DNA of 64,000 nucleotides from an uncultured virus (IMG/VR IMGVR_UViG_3300042866_001241) (Duplodnaviria; Heunggongvirae; Uroviricota; Caudoviricetes): IMG/VR virus record IMGVR_UViG_3300042866_001241; one strand, written 5' to 3'. The translations under genes were made by a program, and so were the position numbers. Numbering within the stretch: the first letter of the stretch is position 1; every line of letters starts with the position of its first letter. Below, in pieces: positions 8,062 through 15,439 of the stretch. Under the pieces are notes generated by a model. That model was not told the DNA's origin, made no database searches, and was given only the letters and a program-made list of their open reading frames with translations.

Positions 8062-8295
8062 TTACGACAGAAGCTCTCGGCGGATCTCCACTTCCATCGC
8101 TTCGAGAATTGGTATCAGTTGCCCGACCACTTCAGGCGGGCACTTGAAACACTGGCCCGTGCGGTTTACGCGGGCGGTGTAGTGTTCGGTCCAGTATTTC
8201 TTCGGCTTCCAGAACTCCCACCACTTTCGTGTGTGATCGAGCCTCGTGCAAGTGATGGTCACGAGGTTGTACATGTCTATGATCTTGTTGCTCAT
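8062..8295 (-). CDS. Cassette 10: hypothetical protein
   Basis: 77 aa with KWWEFWK motif, flanked by GTTCTGCGCC / GGCGCAGAAC. Confidence 0.75.
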   Translation of the reverse strand: MSNKIIDMYNLVTITCTRLDHTRKWWEFWKPKKYWTEHYTARVNRTGQCFKCPPEVVGQLIPILEAMEVEIRRELLS

Positions 8296-8348
8296 CTGCT
8301 GGGTTTTACGAGTTTAACCTTGTCACCTACTGACCGAAGAAAAAGCAC

Positions 8349-8427
8349 GGCGCAGAACCACCGCTATACGGCATGCCCGCAGCACGGGCCGACGCTTCGC
8401 ACGCCGCATAGCTCTGTCCGTTACCCC
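8349..8427 (+). repeat. attC-like site 10
   Basis: GGCGCAGAAC cacc GCTATACGGC ... GCCGCATAGC tctgtcc GTTACCCC. Confidence 0.85.
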
Positions 8428-8864
8428 GCCATTTCCTTTTCAGAAGAGAGTGTTGCTACTTCTTCTGCCAGTGTCGTCATGTCGTACACCAGCATCTTGA
8501 TACTGGACTCAAGGCTGCTGATTTTCGCCTCCAGGTCGGTCAGTGTCCCTTCATCCTCCTCGGTCTTTGCTGCCTCCATCTTTGCTATCTGCACCTTGTC
8601 GGCCGGAAGGACGGCTGCGACGAATGCCCGTAGCCCTACTTCTGGAGCCTTGGCGTCAACGGGAACGATACCTACTCCCACCAACTCCAGCATCTTGATG
8701 ACCGATGACAAGGTAACACGGGACTCGGGATCGTAGAAACTGGCGATGACCTTGTTCTGATGGTGGGAAGTGGGTCCGATGCGTCCCGATATGTACGACC
8801 TGGATACCTTCTCTCGGATACGTGCGTCCTCGAAAGTCTTGATAATGGCAAGGCGTGGGTTCAT
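8421..8864 (-). CDS. Putative XRE-like HTH regulator with C-terminal coiled coil
   Basis: MNPRL...ARIREKVSRSYISGRIG...VTLSSVIKMLELVG resembles an HTH. Promoter box upstream. Stop overlaps the last GTT core. Confidence 0.55.
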   Translation of the reverse strand: MNPRLAIIKTFEDARIREKVSRSYISGRIGPTSHHQNKVIASFYDPESRVTLSSVIKMLELVGVGIVPVDAKAPEVGLRAFVAAVLPADKVQIAKMEAAKTEEDEGTLTDLEAKISSLESSIKMLVYDMTTLAEEVATLSSEKEMAG

Positions 8865-8953
8865 GGGTATGTGTTGGTGTAAAGCAGAAACGGCGGGATC
8901 AGTGAAGACCCCGCCGTTCGGACAGCAACAGGCGCACAGCAATACGCCGGGGT

Positions 8954-8961
8954 CAAATGTA
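8954..8961 (-). promoter_or_regulatory. Bacteroidota -7 box upstream of the regulator and cassette array
   Basis: TACATTTG on minus strand. Confidence 0.65.
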
Positions 8962-8974
8962 AGGAAGGAATTGG

Positions 8975-9292
8975 TTACTCGGTGCTCAGCTTGGCGGATT
9001 GTTGAAGGATTGAGCGGATGTGTGGCGGGGCTGCTGTGATGTCCGGCCATGAAAAAGCGATGCTGCGCTTCAGGGTATCTCCTTCGATGAACGCTTTGTT
9101 GGTGCGCGTGAATGTGTCAGTTCCACGGGCGCTGTGCTTCCTGAAGTAGCCCTTCTTTGCAGCCCGTTTCCAGTGATCACGAGCATTGTCGTATCTCCAC
9201 TGCCAGGTCAACGTGTACTGTTCTCCGGGCTTCATGCGGCACATGACCTCAAGATGGTTGGTTCCGTGCTCGTGCTTTCGCTTGTACCTCAT
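8975..9292 (-). CDS. Basic hypothetical protein
   Basis: 105 aa ORF in operon. Confidence 0.55.
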   Translation of the reverse strand: MRYKRKHEHGTNHLEVMCRMKPGEQYTLTWQWRYDNARDHWKRAAKKGYFRKHSARGTDTFTRTNKAFIEGDTLKRSIAFSWPDITAAPPHIRSILQQSAKLSTE

Positions 9293-9295
9293 GGC

Positions 9296-9484
9296 TCAGT
9301 AGTCTCCTGACAGGTATTCGATGACGCACGGCTTCTCGATGTTCACCTCAGTGACCAGGATGTCCTCGGTGTGCTTCACCGTATCCTTGGCTATCTTGGT
9401 AGCTGTGCGCTTGTCCGGCGCTGCAATGACAAGGCAGCATCCGACCGGGAACATAGGCTTGAAATCAACCTTGTAAATCTTCAT
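9296..9484 (-). CDS. Hypothetical protein
   Basis: MKIYKVDF..., ATGA overlap. Confidence 0.65.
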   Translation of the reverse strand: MKIYKVDFKPMFPVGCCLVIAAPDKRTATKIAKDTVKHTEDILVTEVNIEKPCVIEYLSGDY

Positions 9485-9696
9485 GGCTTGGGCTTGTTTG
9501 GTTCTTTGTCGAAGTAGCGATGGAAGGTGTCGCTCGATGACATGACCAGAATGACGAGCGGATACACTATCCAGCACGTCCATGCTGGCACGCTACCCAT
9601 TCCTACCGGGTAAATCCATACCATGCCCACCCCAACTATCGCTAACGACGTGAAGGTGTACAGCATGAACAGTGCGTTGCGTACTATTTCCCTCAT
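9481..9696 (-). CDS. Two-TM membrane protein
   Basis: MREIVRNALF..., two hydrophobic helices, ATGA overlaps. Confidence 0.65.
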   Translation of the reverse strand: MREIVRNALFMLYTFTSLAIVGVGMVWIYPVGMGSVPAWTCWIVYPLVILVMSSSDTFHRYFDKEPNKPKP

Positions 9697-9989
9697 GGCT
9701 TGGGGTATTTGGCTAGGATGGCGCGGGCTTTTGCCGTGCAATCTGTGAGATTGATTACAAGAGTGTCGTTCGGCGATCGCTTTCCGGCGATGTACTCTCT
9801 AGCATCAAGTGCCGCATCGTGCAGTTCTGCAATCGCCTCCCGCAACTCATCACGCTCATCGGCGATGGGCTGGGCTACTTCGCGGATGGCGGCGGCGTAA
9901 GCGTCCTCTATTTCCCAATAATTGCGATACGCGGGGCCGATTGTAAACCGCTTCGCGGCCAACCCATCAGCGTTCAGTTTGGTGCTCAT
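9693..9989 (-). CDS. Hypothetical protein
   Basis: MSTKLNADG..., ATGA overlaps. Confidence 0.65.
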   Translation of the reverse strand: MSTKLNADGLAAKRFTIGPAYRNYWEIEDAYAAAIREVAQPIADERDELREAIAELHDAALDAREYIAGKRSPNDTLVINLTDCTAKARAILAKYPKP

Positions 9990-10273
9990 GCTGCGATATG
10001 GATGGGTTTCTTGCGAAGGACTTTCAGCTTGTATCCCCGGCACGTCAGTTCGTGGTACAAATCTTCGTACTCATGCTCCTCGGCCGGTCGGGTGGCTGCG
10101 ATGGTGCCTGTGTAGTCTGCTTCGCCGTGCTGTCCGACGTGCTGGTAGGACTGAACGAAGCCTCGGTTGGCATCACCGGACTCGTAATTGAGGCCGGGGA
10201 ACAGGGCGATCACGTTTCCTCCGTCCTTGTATACCCGGAAGATGACAAGGGTTTCGTGGGTGTCGGGTGTCAT
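9986..10273 (-). CDS. Conserved small phage protein
   Basis: VIFR...VIALFP...SYQHVGQHGEA...EYEDLYHEL..RGY motif family. Confidence 0.75.
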   Translation of the reverse strand: MTPDTHETLVIFRVYKDGGNVIALFPGLNYESGDANRGFVQSYQHVGQHGEADYTGTIAATRPAEEHEYEDLYHELTCRGYKLKVLRKKPIHIAA

Positions 10274-10485
10274 TGCTGCTGCTGTTTGGTAGTGGTGTAT
10301 GGTAGTCCGAAGATGATGTGCTCTGCCCGGACAAGTCCTGCGTGTATCAAGTCGAGGCATGCGCTGTGGCGCTTCACCCCTTGTCCTGCGCTTCCGTAGA
10401 CGACTACGCCTCGCTGCGCTATCTCAGCCCGGAAGTTTATGAGGCCGTGGATGCCAGTCCCGCATCTGTTGGTGGTGTGTCCCAT
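10270..10485 (-). CDS. Hypothetical protein
   Basis: 71 aa, fills a gap in the operon, ATGA overlap. Confidence 0.5.
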   Translation of the reverse strand: MGHTTNRCGTGIHGLINFRAEIAQRGVVVYGSAGQGVKRHSACLDLIHAGLVRAEHIIFGLPYTTTKQQQQ

Positions 10486-10489
10486 GATG

Positions 10490-10801
10490 TCAGGATTTGA
10501 GTGACTCCATGAGCTTGTGTCCGTTCTTCATGGCCTCCCAGGGCTGTCCGCTTTCGCTCAGGAAAAACTCCTTGTCGCGTTGGATCAGCATAGCCGCCAA
10601 GGTGTCCAGTGCCTTGTGGTACTCCTGCAACTGGTTCACCAGGTCGGGGTATGCGTTCCATCGGCGGACCATTTCTGCGGCGAACTTGCCTTCGTGGTCG
10701 TCTTTAATGATGGCCTTGGTTTCTCCGGTTTCTTCCACGAAAAGAAGCACTTGGCTACGTGGATATATCATGGTCTGTAACTTCAGCTTGCTCGTGTCCA
10801 T
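10490..10801 (-). CDS. Hypothetical phage protein
   Basis: MDTSKLK...AAEMVRRWNAYPDLV. Confidence 0.65.
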   Translation of the reverse strand: MDTSKLKLQTMIYPRSQVLLFVEETGETKAIIKDDHEGKFAAEMVRRWNAYPDLVNQLQEYHKALDTLAAMLIQRDKEFFLSESGQPWEAMKNGHKLMESLKS

Positions 10802-10806
10802 GGTGG

Positions 10807-11016
10807 TCAGGATTTGGTGACTGCTCCGATGTACGGGACGCCTTCGACAACGGTATCGTCCCACATTTCGACTTCCGCCTCTGTGTCTTGGGTGAACTTT
10901 CCGATGCCTGCCAAGTACTCGGCTCCGGCTTTCAGGTTGGATTTGAGTTCATCAACGGATGCTCCGTTGGGCGTGTACTCGACGGTCAAAATGAGCGTCA
11001 ACTTTATGGTGTCCAT
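10807..11016 (-). CDS. Small acidic hypothetical protein
   Basis: 69 aa with ACAGCAGCACC leader. Confidence 0.65.
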   Translation of the reverse strand: MDTIKLTLILTVEYTPNGASVDELKSNLKAGAEYLAGIGKFTQDTEAEVEMWDDTVVEGVPYIGAVTKS

Positions 11017-11110
11017 GGTGCTGCTGTATTGAGTTGCTGTTGTGCCCTTGGCGTCGGATCCGATCCGACCGTCGCGGTGCCTCCCGGCCCGCCAAGGGGG
11101 AATGTGGTGC

Positions 11111-11905
11111 TTACAGTGCCGGTGCTGCCTCCCTGTATGCCTGCGGGACGTGGGATTTGATCCATGCCTTCAGGCGTGCGAAGTGCGCGTTCATGGCCTT
11201 GGTGCGCTCCTTCTGCTCCTTGGCCTTGGCGTGCTCAATGTGTGCATCGACGGCTGAACGTGCCTCCTGCACAACGTACATTTTCTCGGCCGGGTACGTC
11301 TCGGTTTCGATGAACCCCCAACAGGATCCATCTTCGATCTCGTTGCCGTCCTGGTCCTCAATGGTGAACCCGAAGATGTCGTTCCATGCCCATGCACCGT
11401 ACTCCTTGGCGTTGGCCTCCATGGACTCGTACGTGGCGTCCTTTTTCTCAACGCCAGTGGTCTTGGCGAACTCAGGTGTCCACACTACCAACAGGTCCAT
11501 GTAGTCGCCCTGGCTGTATCCTATGCTGCTGGTGTTCAGGCACGGAACGCCAAGGATTTTGCCTACTGCCTCCAACGTATCGTAGTCGTGCTCACGGATA
11601 GCGTCTCCAATGGCTTCGGTTACGGCGTTCTCCGTGTCGTTGGCCGTATCCCCTTCACCCTGGCTCACATTCAGTAGCTCCATCAGGGCCTTCTTGTGGC
11701 GTCGGTACTGGTTCGTGGTGGGATAGAACGCTGCGCTGGCATCAAGGTAGTCGTACCTGTCGTGGCGTCCACCGTCCACCATCATGGGGTACATGCCGTC
11801 ATTGTTCTCATATGGATTGAGCGATCCGCTGTCTTGGTCCTGGTGGATCTTGATGGTGAACCCTTTGTAGTCCTCCTCGTGTACTGGTTGCTGCTGGTAA
11901 CACAT
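11111..11905 (-). CDS. Conserved acidic phage early protein (GYSQGD motif)
   Basis: 264 aa, IGYSQGDY...YGAWAWNDIFGF...SCWGF, own promoter. Confidence 0.75.
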   Translation of the reverse strand: MCYQQQPVHEEDYKGFTIKIHQDQDSGSLNPYENNDGMYPMMVDGGRHDRYDYLDASAAFYPTTNQYRRHKKALMELLNVSQGEGDTANDTENAVTEAIGDAIREHDYDTLEAVGKILGVPCLNTSSIGYSQGDYMDLLVVWTPEFAKTTGVEKKDATYESMEANAKEYGAWAWNDIFGFTIEDQDGNEIEDGSCWGFIETETYPAEKMYVVQEARSAVDAHIEHAKAKEQKERTKAMNAHFARLKAWIKSHVPQAYREAAPAL

Positions 11906-11936
11906 TGTGCTGTGGTTGTTTGTTGCTGTGTTGGTG

Positions 11937-11993
11937 CAAAGGTAAGTAACTGAAACTACATAGTGTAAGTATCAGTAACTAAAGTTATTAACA
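11937..11993 (-). promoter_or_regulatory. Promoter with operator-like palindrome
   Basis: TACCTTTG (11937-11944, minus), GTAACTAAAGTTAT (11975-11988), TTATTAACA (11985-11993). Confidence 0.65.
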
Positions 11994-12175
11994 CCTGCTT
12001 TTTTGTTTCTTGCCAATTTGTAGTCCTTCAGGTACTTCAGCCATTGTGCCAAGGTCAGGTCTTCCGGCCGGTCAATGGTATTGGTCCTGGGTCTGCGTAG
12101 TGGTCCTACCCTTGCCCGGTAGTCCGCTGCCCGTTCTTCCTCCGTTGCGAAGGTGTACCTACCTGTCCTTGTCAT
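11972..12175 (-). CDS. Basic hypothetical protein
   Basis: MTRTGRY..., ACAGCA leader. Confidence 0.55.
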   Translation of the reverse strand: MTRTGRYTFATEEERAADYRARVGPLRRPRTNTIDRPEDLTLAQWLKYLKDYKLARNKKAGVNNFSY

Positions 12176-12258
12176 GTGCGGTTGCTGTTCTTGTGGGCAC
12201 CGGTGCGGGGGCCGATCCCGCTGCCTTTCGGCTGCTCCTGCCGCTCCGGTGCGGTTGC

Positions 12259-12492
12259 TCAGTTGTCCTCTACGTGTGGGGATAGCAAGCTGCAAAGTTC
12301 GCCCACGTCCCATGTGTCGGTGTACCTGTTGCGGTACTTGTCCATGTACGTTACCTGGATGTCGTCCCTGCTGGGTAGGTCGTAAATGGTGGCGATCAGT
12401 TGCTCGTGCCTGGCTGCTTCCTTGGCAAAGTGTTCGGTGTGGTGGTTGTTGCCAAGGTCAAGGGTTCCAAGGTCTATCTGGTGCGTGTTCAT
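12259..12492 (-). CDS. Hypothetical protein
   Basis: 77 aa in operon. Confidence 0.6.
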   Translation of the reverse strand: MNTHQIDLGTLDLGNNHHTEHFAKEAARHEQLIATIYDLPSRDDIQVTYMDKYRNRYTDTWDVGELCSLLSPHVEDN

Positions 12493-12498
12493 GGCTGC

Positions 12499-12699
12499 TC
12501 AGGGTTTTACTTCGGTGACAACTGCCTGTCCGTTGCGTTGGTTCCTGTGTCCTGTTGCCCGTAGGACTGCTGCTGGGTAGCTGGTGAAAGATCCGATGAA
12601 CTCTCCGCACCAACGTAGGACTAACCTTTGCTCAGGGTGTCCACAAAACTCGCGGCTGACGGTGTATCGGATGTCTGAACGGATGGGGTGCTGCTTCAT
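12499..12699 (-). CDS. Small phage protein
   Basis: MKQHP...YTVSREFCGH...VLRWCGEFIG, ATGA overlap. Confidence 0.65.
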   Translation of the reverse strand: MKQHPIRSDIRYTVSREFCGHPEQRLVLRWCGEFIGSFTSYPAAVLRATGHRNQRNGQAVVTEVKP

Positions 12700-13103
12700 G
12701 GCTGGGTTGCTTTGAGGGTCTGTCGTGCTGCGATTACTTGTGGGGGTAGGTTGTTTGGGCTTGCCCCTTCCGGCCACTGTCCGGTGCTCAATACGGCCGT
12801 TACAAGTGCCTCCAAGTTAAATAGGGCAAGGCGTAGGTCCGGGGCTTCTGCGATGAGGGACAATACGTGCGGCCGTTCGTCGTTGCTTGGACCTTTGCTC
12901 CATGTGCCGTGGGTCTGGCATACTATGCGCTCGTCGTCGCTGTATATCGTTGCTCGTTCGCCGTTGGGGTTGTTGTGCGGGTCTACCACTACATGCCATT
13001 GCTGGCACTGCATGGGCGGGTAACGGTGGTCCGCTGGTCCGGTGCTCCGGATGTCGCTGTCGGGGTCGTGGCCCATCCATTCCTGGTCTGCTGCTGCTGG
13101 CAT
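12696..13103 (-). CDS. Hypothetical phage protein
   Basis: ...LIAEAPDLRLAL..., a variant of the common phage ANARLIAAAPDLL motif. Confidence 0.6.
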   Translation of the reverse strand: MPAAADQEWMGHDPDSDIRSTGPADHRYPPMQCQQWHVVVDPHNNPNGERATIYSDDERIVCQTHGTWSKGPSNDERPHVLSLIAEAPDLRLALFNLEALVTAVLSTGQWPEGASPNNLPPQVIAARQTLKATQP

Positions 13104-13113
13104 GGCGTGTTGC

Positions 13114-13515
13114 TTATGGGTTGGTGGCTGCTTGGGCAAGGTCGTATCCTACCTGCTCTGCGATCAGGTCGCGGTGCTCCTTCCTGCCTCCGCTCACCTT
13201 CAGGTGCATGCCGTCGCCCGTGAACGTCGGTGTGACGGTTACTTTGTAGTACTCCCAGCCGTTGTAATAGCCGTTCTCGTCCATGTGGTGGAACGGGCAA
13301 AGGATCACGATCTTGTTGGGTGTGCTGTGCTCCATGTCTACTGTGCATCCGCTGTCGTATCCGGATCCATGGGGTAGGTGCTCGCGTTCGTAGTGCGCGA
13401 TCATCTGCCGTGCGTCCTGCTTGTTGGCTGTGTAGTTGGGGTGGGTGTGGTCCTTCAGGATCCATTCCATCCGCTCTACCTGGGCCGCTATTGCGGCAAT
13501 TACTGTGCTGTCCAT
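13114..13515 (-). CDS. Conserved small phage protein
   Basis: LPHGSGYDSGC...FHHMDENGYYNGW...VTPTF. Confidence 0.75.
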   Translation of the reverse strand: MDSTVIAAIAAQVERMEWILKDHTHPNYTANKQDARQMIAHYEREHLPHGSGYDSGCTVDMEHSTPNKIVILCPFHHMDENGYYNGWEYYKVTVTPTFTGDGMHLKVSGGRKEHRDLIAEQVGYDLAQAATNP

Positions 13516-13534
13516 GTGCTGTTGGTTTGTTGGG

Positions 13535-13849
13535 TTAGTTCTTGAACGGGTGCGCGTTCCCGTGGCGGTCAAATGTGCATAGCTTGTGCGGTTGTGCATC
13601 TTCGCTCCTCAGGTAGTGCGCTATTCCCTCTGCATCGAAGCAACTTTCAAAGCGTCGGATCCATGCCATACGGTCTGTCCCGGCCGCTTTGATCCAGTAT
13701 CCTCCCCTGCCGTCGTTGCATGGCTTGGCGGTGACGGTTACTCCACCAACGGTCCACGTTACGGCCGTCTTCCTGTTGTTGGGCGTGTTCCTGCCCATGG
13801 TAATTGCGTCAATTACCTGTCCCTTGGTCCAGTTGCTTGGTGCCTTCAT
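13535..13849 (-). CDS. Hypothetical protein
   Basis: 104 aa directly after a promoter. Confidence 0.65.
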   Translation of the reverse strand: MKAPSNWTKGQVIDAITMGRNTPNNRKTAVTWTVGGVTVTAKPCNDGRGGYWIKAAGTDRMAWIRRFESCFDAEGIAHYLRSEDAQPHKLCTFDRHGNAHPFKN

Positions 13850-13877
13850 GTCTGCTGCTGTTAAGTTGCTGTACTGG

Positions 13878-13914
13878 CAAATGTAACTATCTGTGTTTCA
13901 CATTTGCAAATGTG
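13878..13914 (-). promoter_or_regulatory. Full Bacteroidota promoter (-33/-7) overlapped by a 16 bp palindrome
   Basis: TTTG (13907-13910), 21 nt spacer, TACATTTG (13878-13885). CACATTTGCAAATGTG at 13899-13914. Confidence 0.75.
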
Positions 13915-13978
13915 GCTCTCGCTGCCCTATCGCTGGGCTTGGCCGGTCGTTCCGGGGCGGGGCTGTGTGCGGTTGCTT

Positions 13979-14182
13979 CTATGGCGTGTCGGGTATTATT
14001 TCAATTTTCAAGATCGACCTGGCTACGGCCGCTGGGTTGGTACCAACGTCTTCGTGTCCGTCAATGGACTGTGTGTTGGTGCGTTCCCATGCTTCTATGA
14101 TGCCCTGGGCGTCGCTGGTGGTACATTCCGCGATCAGCTCTACTTGGTCGCGGACCTGCTCGTAATAGGTGGGCGTGTACAT
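13979..14182 (-). CDS. Small acidic hypothetical protein
   Basis: MYTPTYYEQ... Confidence 0.6.
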   Translation of the reverse strand: MYTPTYYEQVRDQVELIAECTTSDAQGIIEAWERTNTQSIDGHEDVGTNPAAVARSILKIEIIPDTP

Positions 14183-14208
14183 GGTGCGGTTGTTAGTTCT
14201 GCTGCTGC

Positions 14209-14436
14209 TCAGTGTTGCGGGGTATGTGCGTACCTGTGCCACATTTCCCAGGCGCGTTGCTCCGTCAACCTGCAAAGGTCTGCAAGGGTGCTGACGGCTA
14301 TGGGTAGGGTAACTTCCGGCACGTCCCAGGCTCCGGATCTCTCCAGTGCTTCTACGGTGTCCTGGATCGCTTCGGCGGGTTCCATTGCTGCTACGTGTGC
14401 CGGCAATGTGGGGCGGGTGCTGCTGTGCGTGTTCAT
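14209..14436 (-). CDS. Hypothetical protein
   Basis: 75 aa, ACAGCAGCAC leader. Confidence 0.6.
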   Translation of the reverse strand: MNTHSSTRPTLPAHVAAMEPAEAIQDTVEALERSGAWDVPEVTLPIAVSTLADLCRLTEQRAWEMWHRYAHTPQH

Positions 14437-14477
14437 GTGCTGCTGTTCTGTTGGTTAGCTGTTGGTGTGTCTGCTGC

Positions 14478-14798
14478 CTACCTGGTGCGGCTGTGCTCGT
14501 AGTAGTACTTCATCCACGATCTCCCTCCGCTCTTCAGGTAGTGTTCCCTGGCCTTGTTCCGTGCTTCGTGTATCTCCTGTTCCCGTTTCAATAGGTCTGA
14601 ACGGGTTTCTGCGGGCCAATGGGACCATGCCGCCCCTGCAAGGTATCGCGATCCCTCCGGCACGTTGGTCTTTTTCCAGGGCGGTCCTCCTCCATGCCGT
14701 GCTGTTGCTTCGTCGTGCATGGCGTTCCATATGTCGGTCAATGCGTCGGCCTTGCGTGTGTATGCTTCGGCTAACTTGCGGTGGGTGCTTTTGTCCAT
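14478..14798 (-). CDS. Hypothetical protein
   Basis: 106 aa, ACAGCA leader. Confidence 0.6.
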   Translation of the reverse strand: MDKSTHRKLAEAYTRKADALTDIWNAMHDEATARHGGGPPWKKTNVPEGSRYLAGAAWSHWPAETRSDLLKREQEIHEARNKAREHYLKSGGRSWMKYYYEHSRTR

Positions 14799-14876
14799 GG
14801 TTGTGCTGTGTTGCTGTTCTGGGTGGCCGGTAGGGTATCGCTCCCTCTGTGCGGTCTGCTCCGTCCGGCCACTGTG

Positions 14877-15131
14877 TTACAAAGTGGGGTCAATTTCCCG
14901 AACTTCCCACCGGTTATCTGTGGCGTCCGTCGTATCCCATGCACGATCGTACGCTGCCCGTGCTTCGCGTGCGTGGCCTGCCGATGCTCCCGGTTGGTAC
15001 TTCAGGTGCGCGACATGCTCCAACCTTCCGCCCCTTATCGCGTACACTTCGCCCCTCGCCCATGTCGATCCCCTGGCGCGGGTGGTGGTGGTATATAGTA
15101 CGTTGTTCTGGTTCTTGCTGCTGCTGTCCAT
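14877..15131 (-). CDS. Hypothetical protein
   Basis: 84 aa in operon. Confidence 0.6.
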   Translation of the reverse strand: MDSSSKNQNNVLYTTTTRARGSTWARGEVYAIRGGRLEHVAHLKYQPGASAGHAREARAAYDRAWDTTDATDNRWEVREIDPTL

Positions 15132-15143
15132 GTTCTCGCTGTG

Positions 15144-15347
15144 TTACTTGTTCTCGTTGCTGCTGTCGTTCCATCCCTTGCAGGGTCTGCTGCTCAGGTA
15201 GTACCTTCCGGCCCGGTCGCCTAGCTGGTATTCCGCTAACATCTCCCGCGCATATTTCCGTTCCTCCCGTGTTCCTGCTGGGAACTCGTCAACGGTTTCA
15301 AGGGTTGCGCCCTGCTTCCTTTGTACATATGTGCTCCGCGTCTTCAT
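15144..15347 (-). CDS. Small phage protein
   Basis: MKTRSTY...ETVDEF...AREMLAEYQL...YYLSSRPCKGW. Confidence 0.7.
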   Translation of the reverse strand: MKTRSTYVQRKQGATLETVDEFPAGTREERKYAREMLAEYQLGDRAGRYYLSSRPCKGWNDSSNENK

Positions 15348-15439
15348 TGTTGCTGTGTTGGTTAGTAGTTGCTCTGTCCTTGTCTCGTGGCCGGGCGGTG
15401 TATCGCTCACCGTTCGCTCCCTGCTCCCGGCCTGCCGTA

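Larger units (their letters stand above)
4929..8427 (+). mobile_element. Integron-like gene cassette array (10 cassettes, 10 attC-like sites, no integrase in window)
   Basis: Ten AAC-hairpin-GTT elements separate the units. Each unit is flanked by its own complementary 9-10 bp GTT.../...AAC pair. Confidence 0.9.

Noticed and set aside
5180..8427. Repeats as a CRISPR array
   Set aside because: Repeats vary in length and sequence and the spacers are 170-350 bp, mostly whole genes. This fits attC cassettes.
5180..8427. Hairpins as ordinary terminators or REP elements
   Set aside because: No U tracts, and neither explains the cassette-specific GTT/AAC complementarity across each gene.
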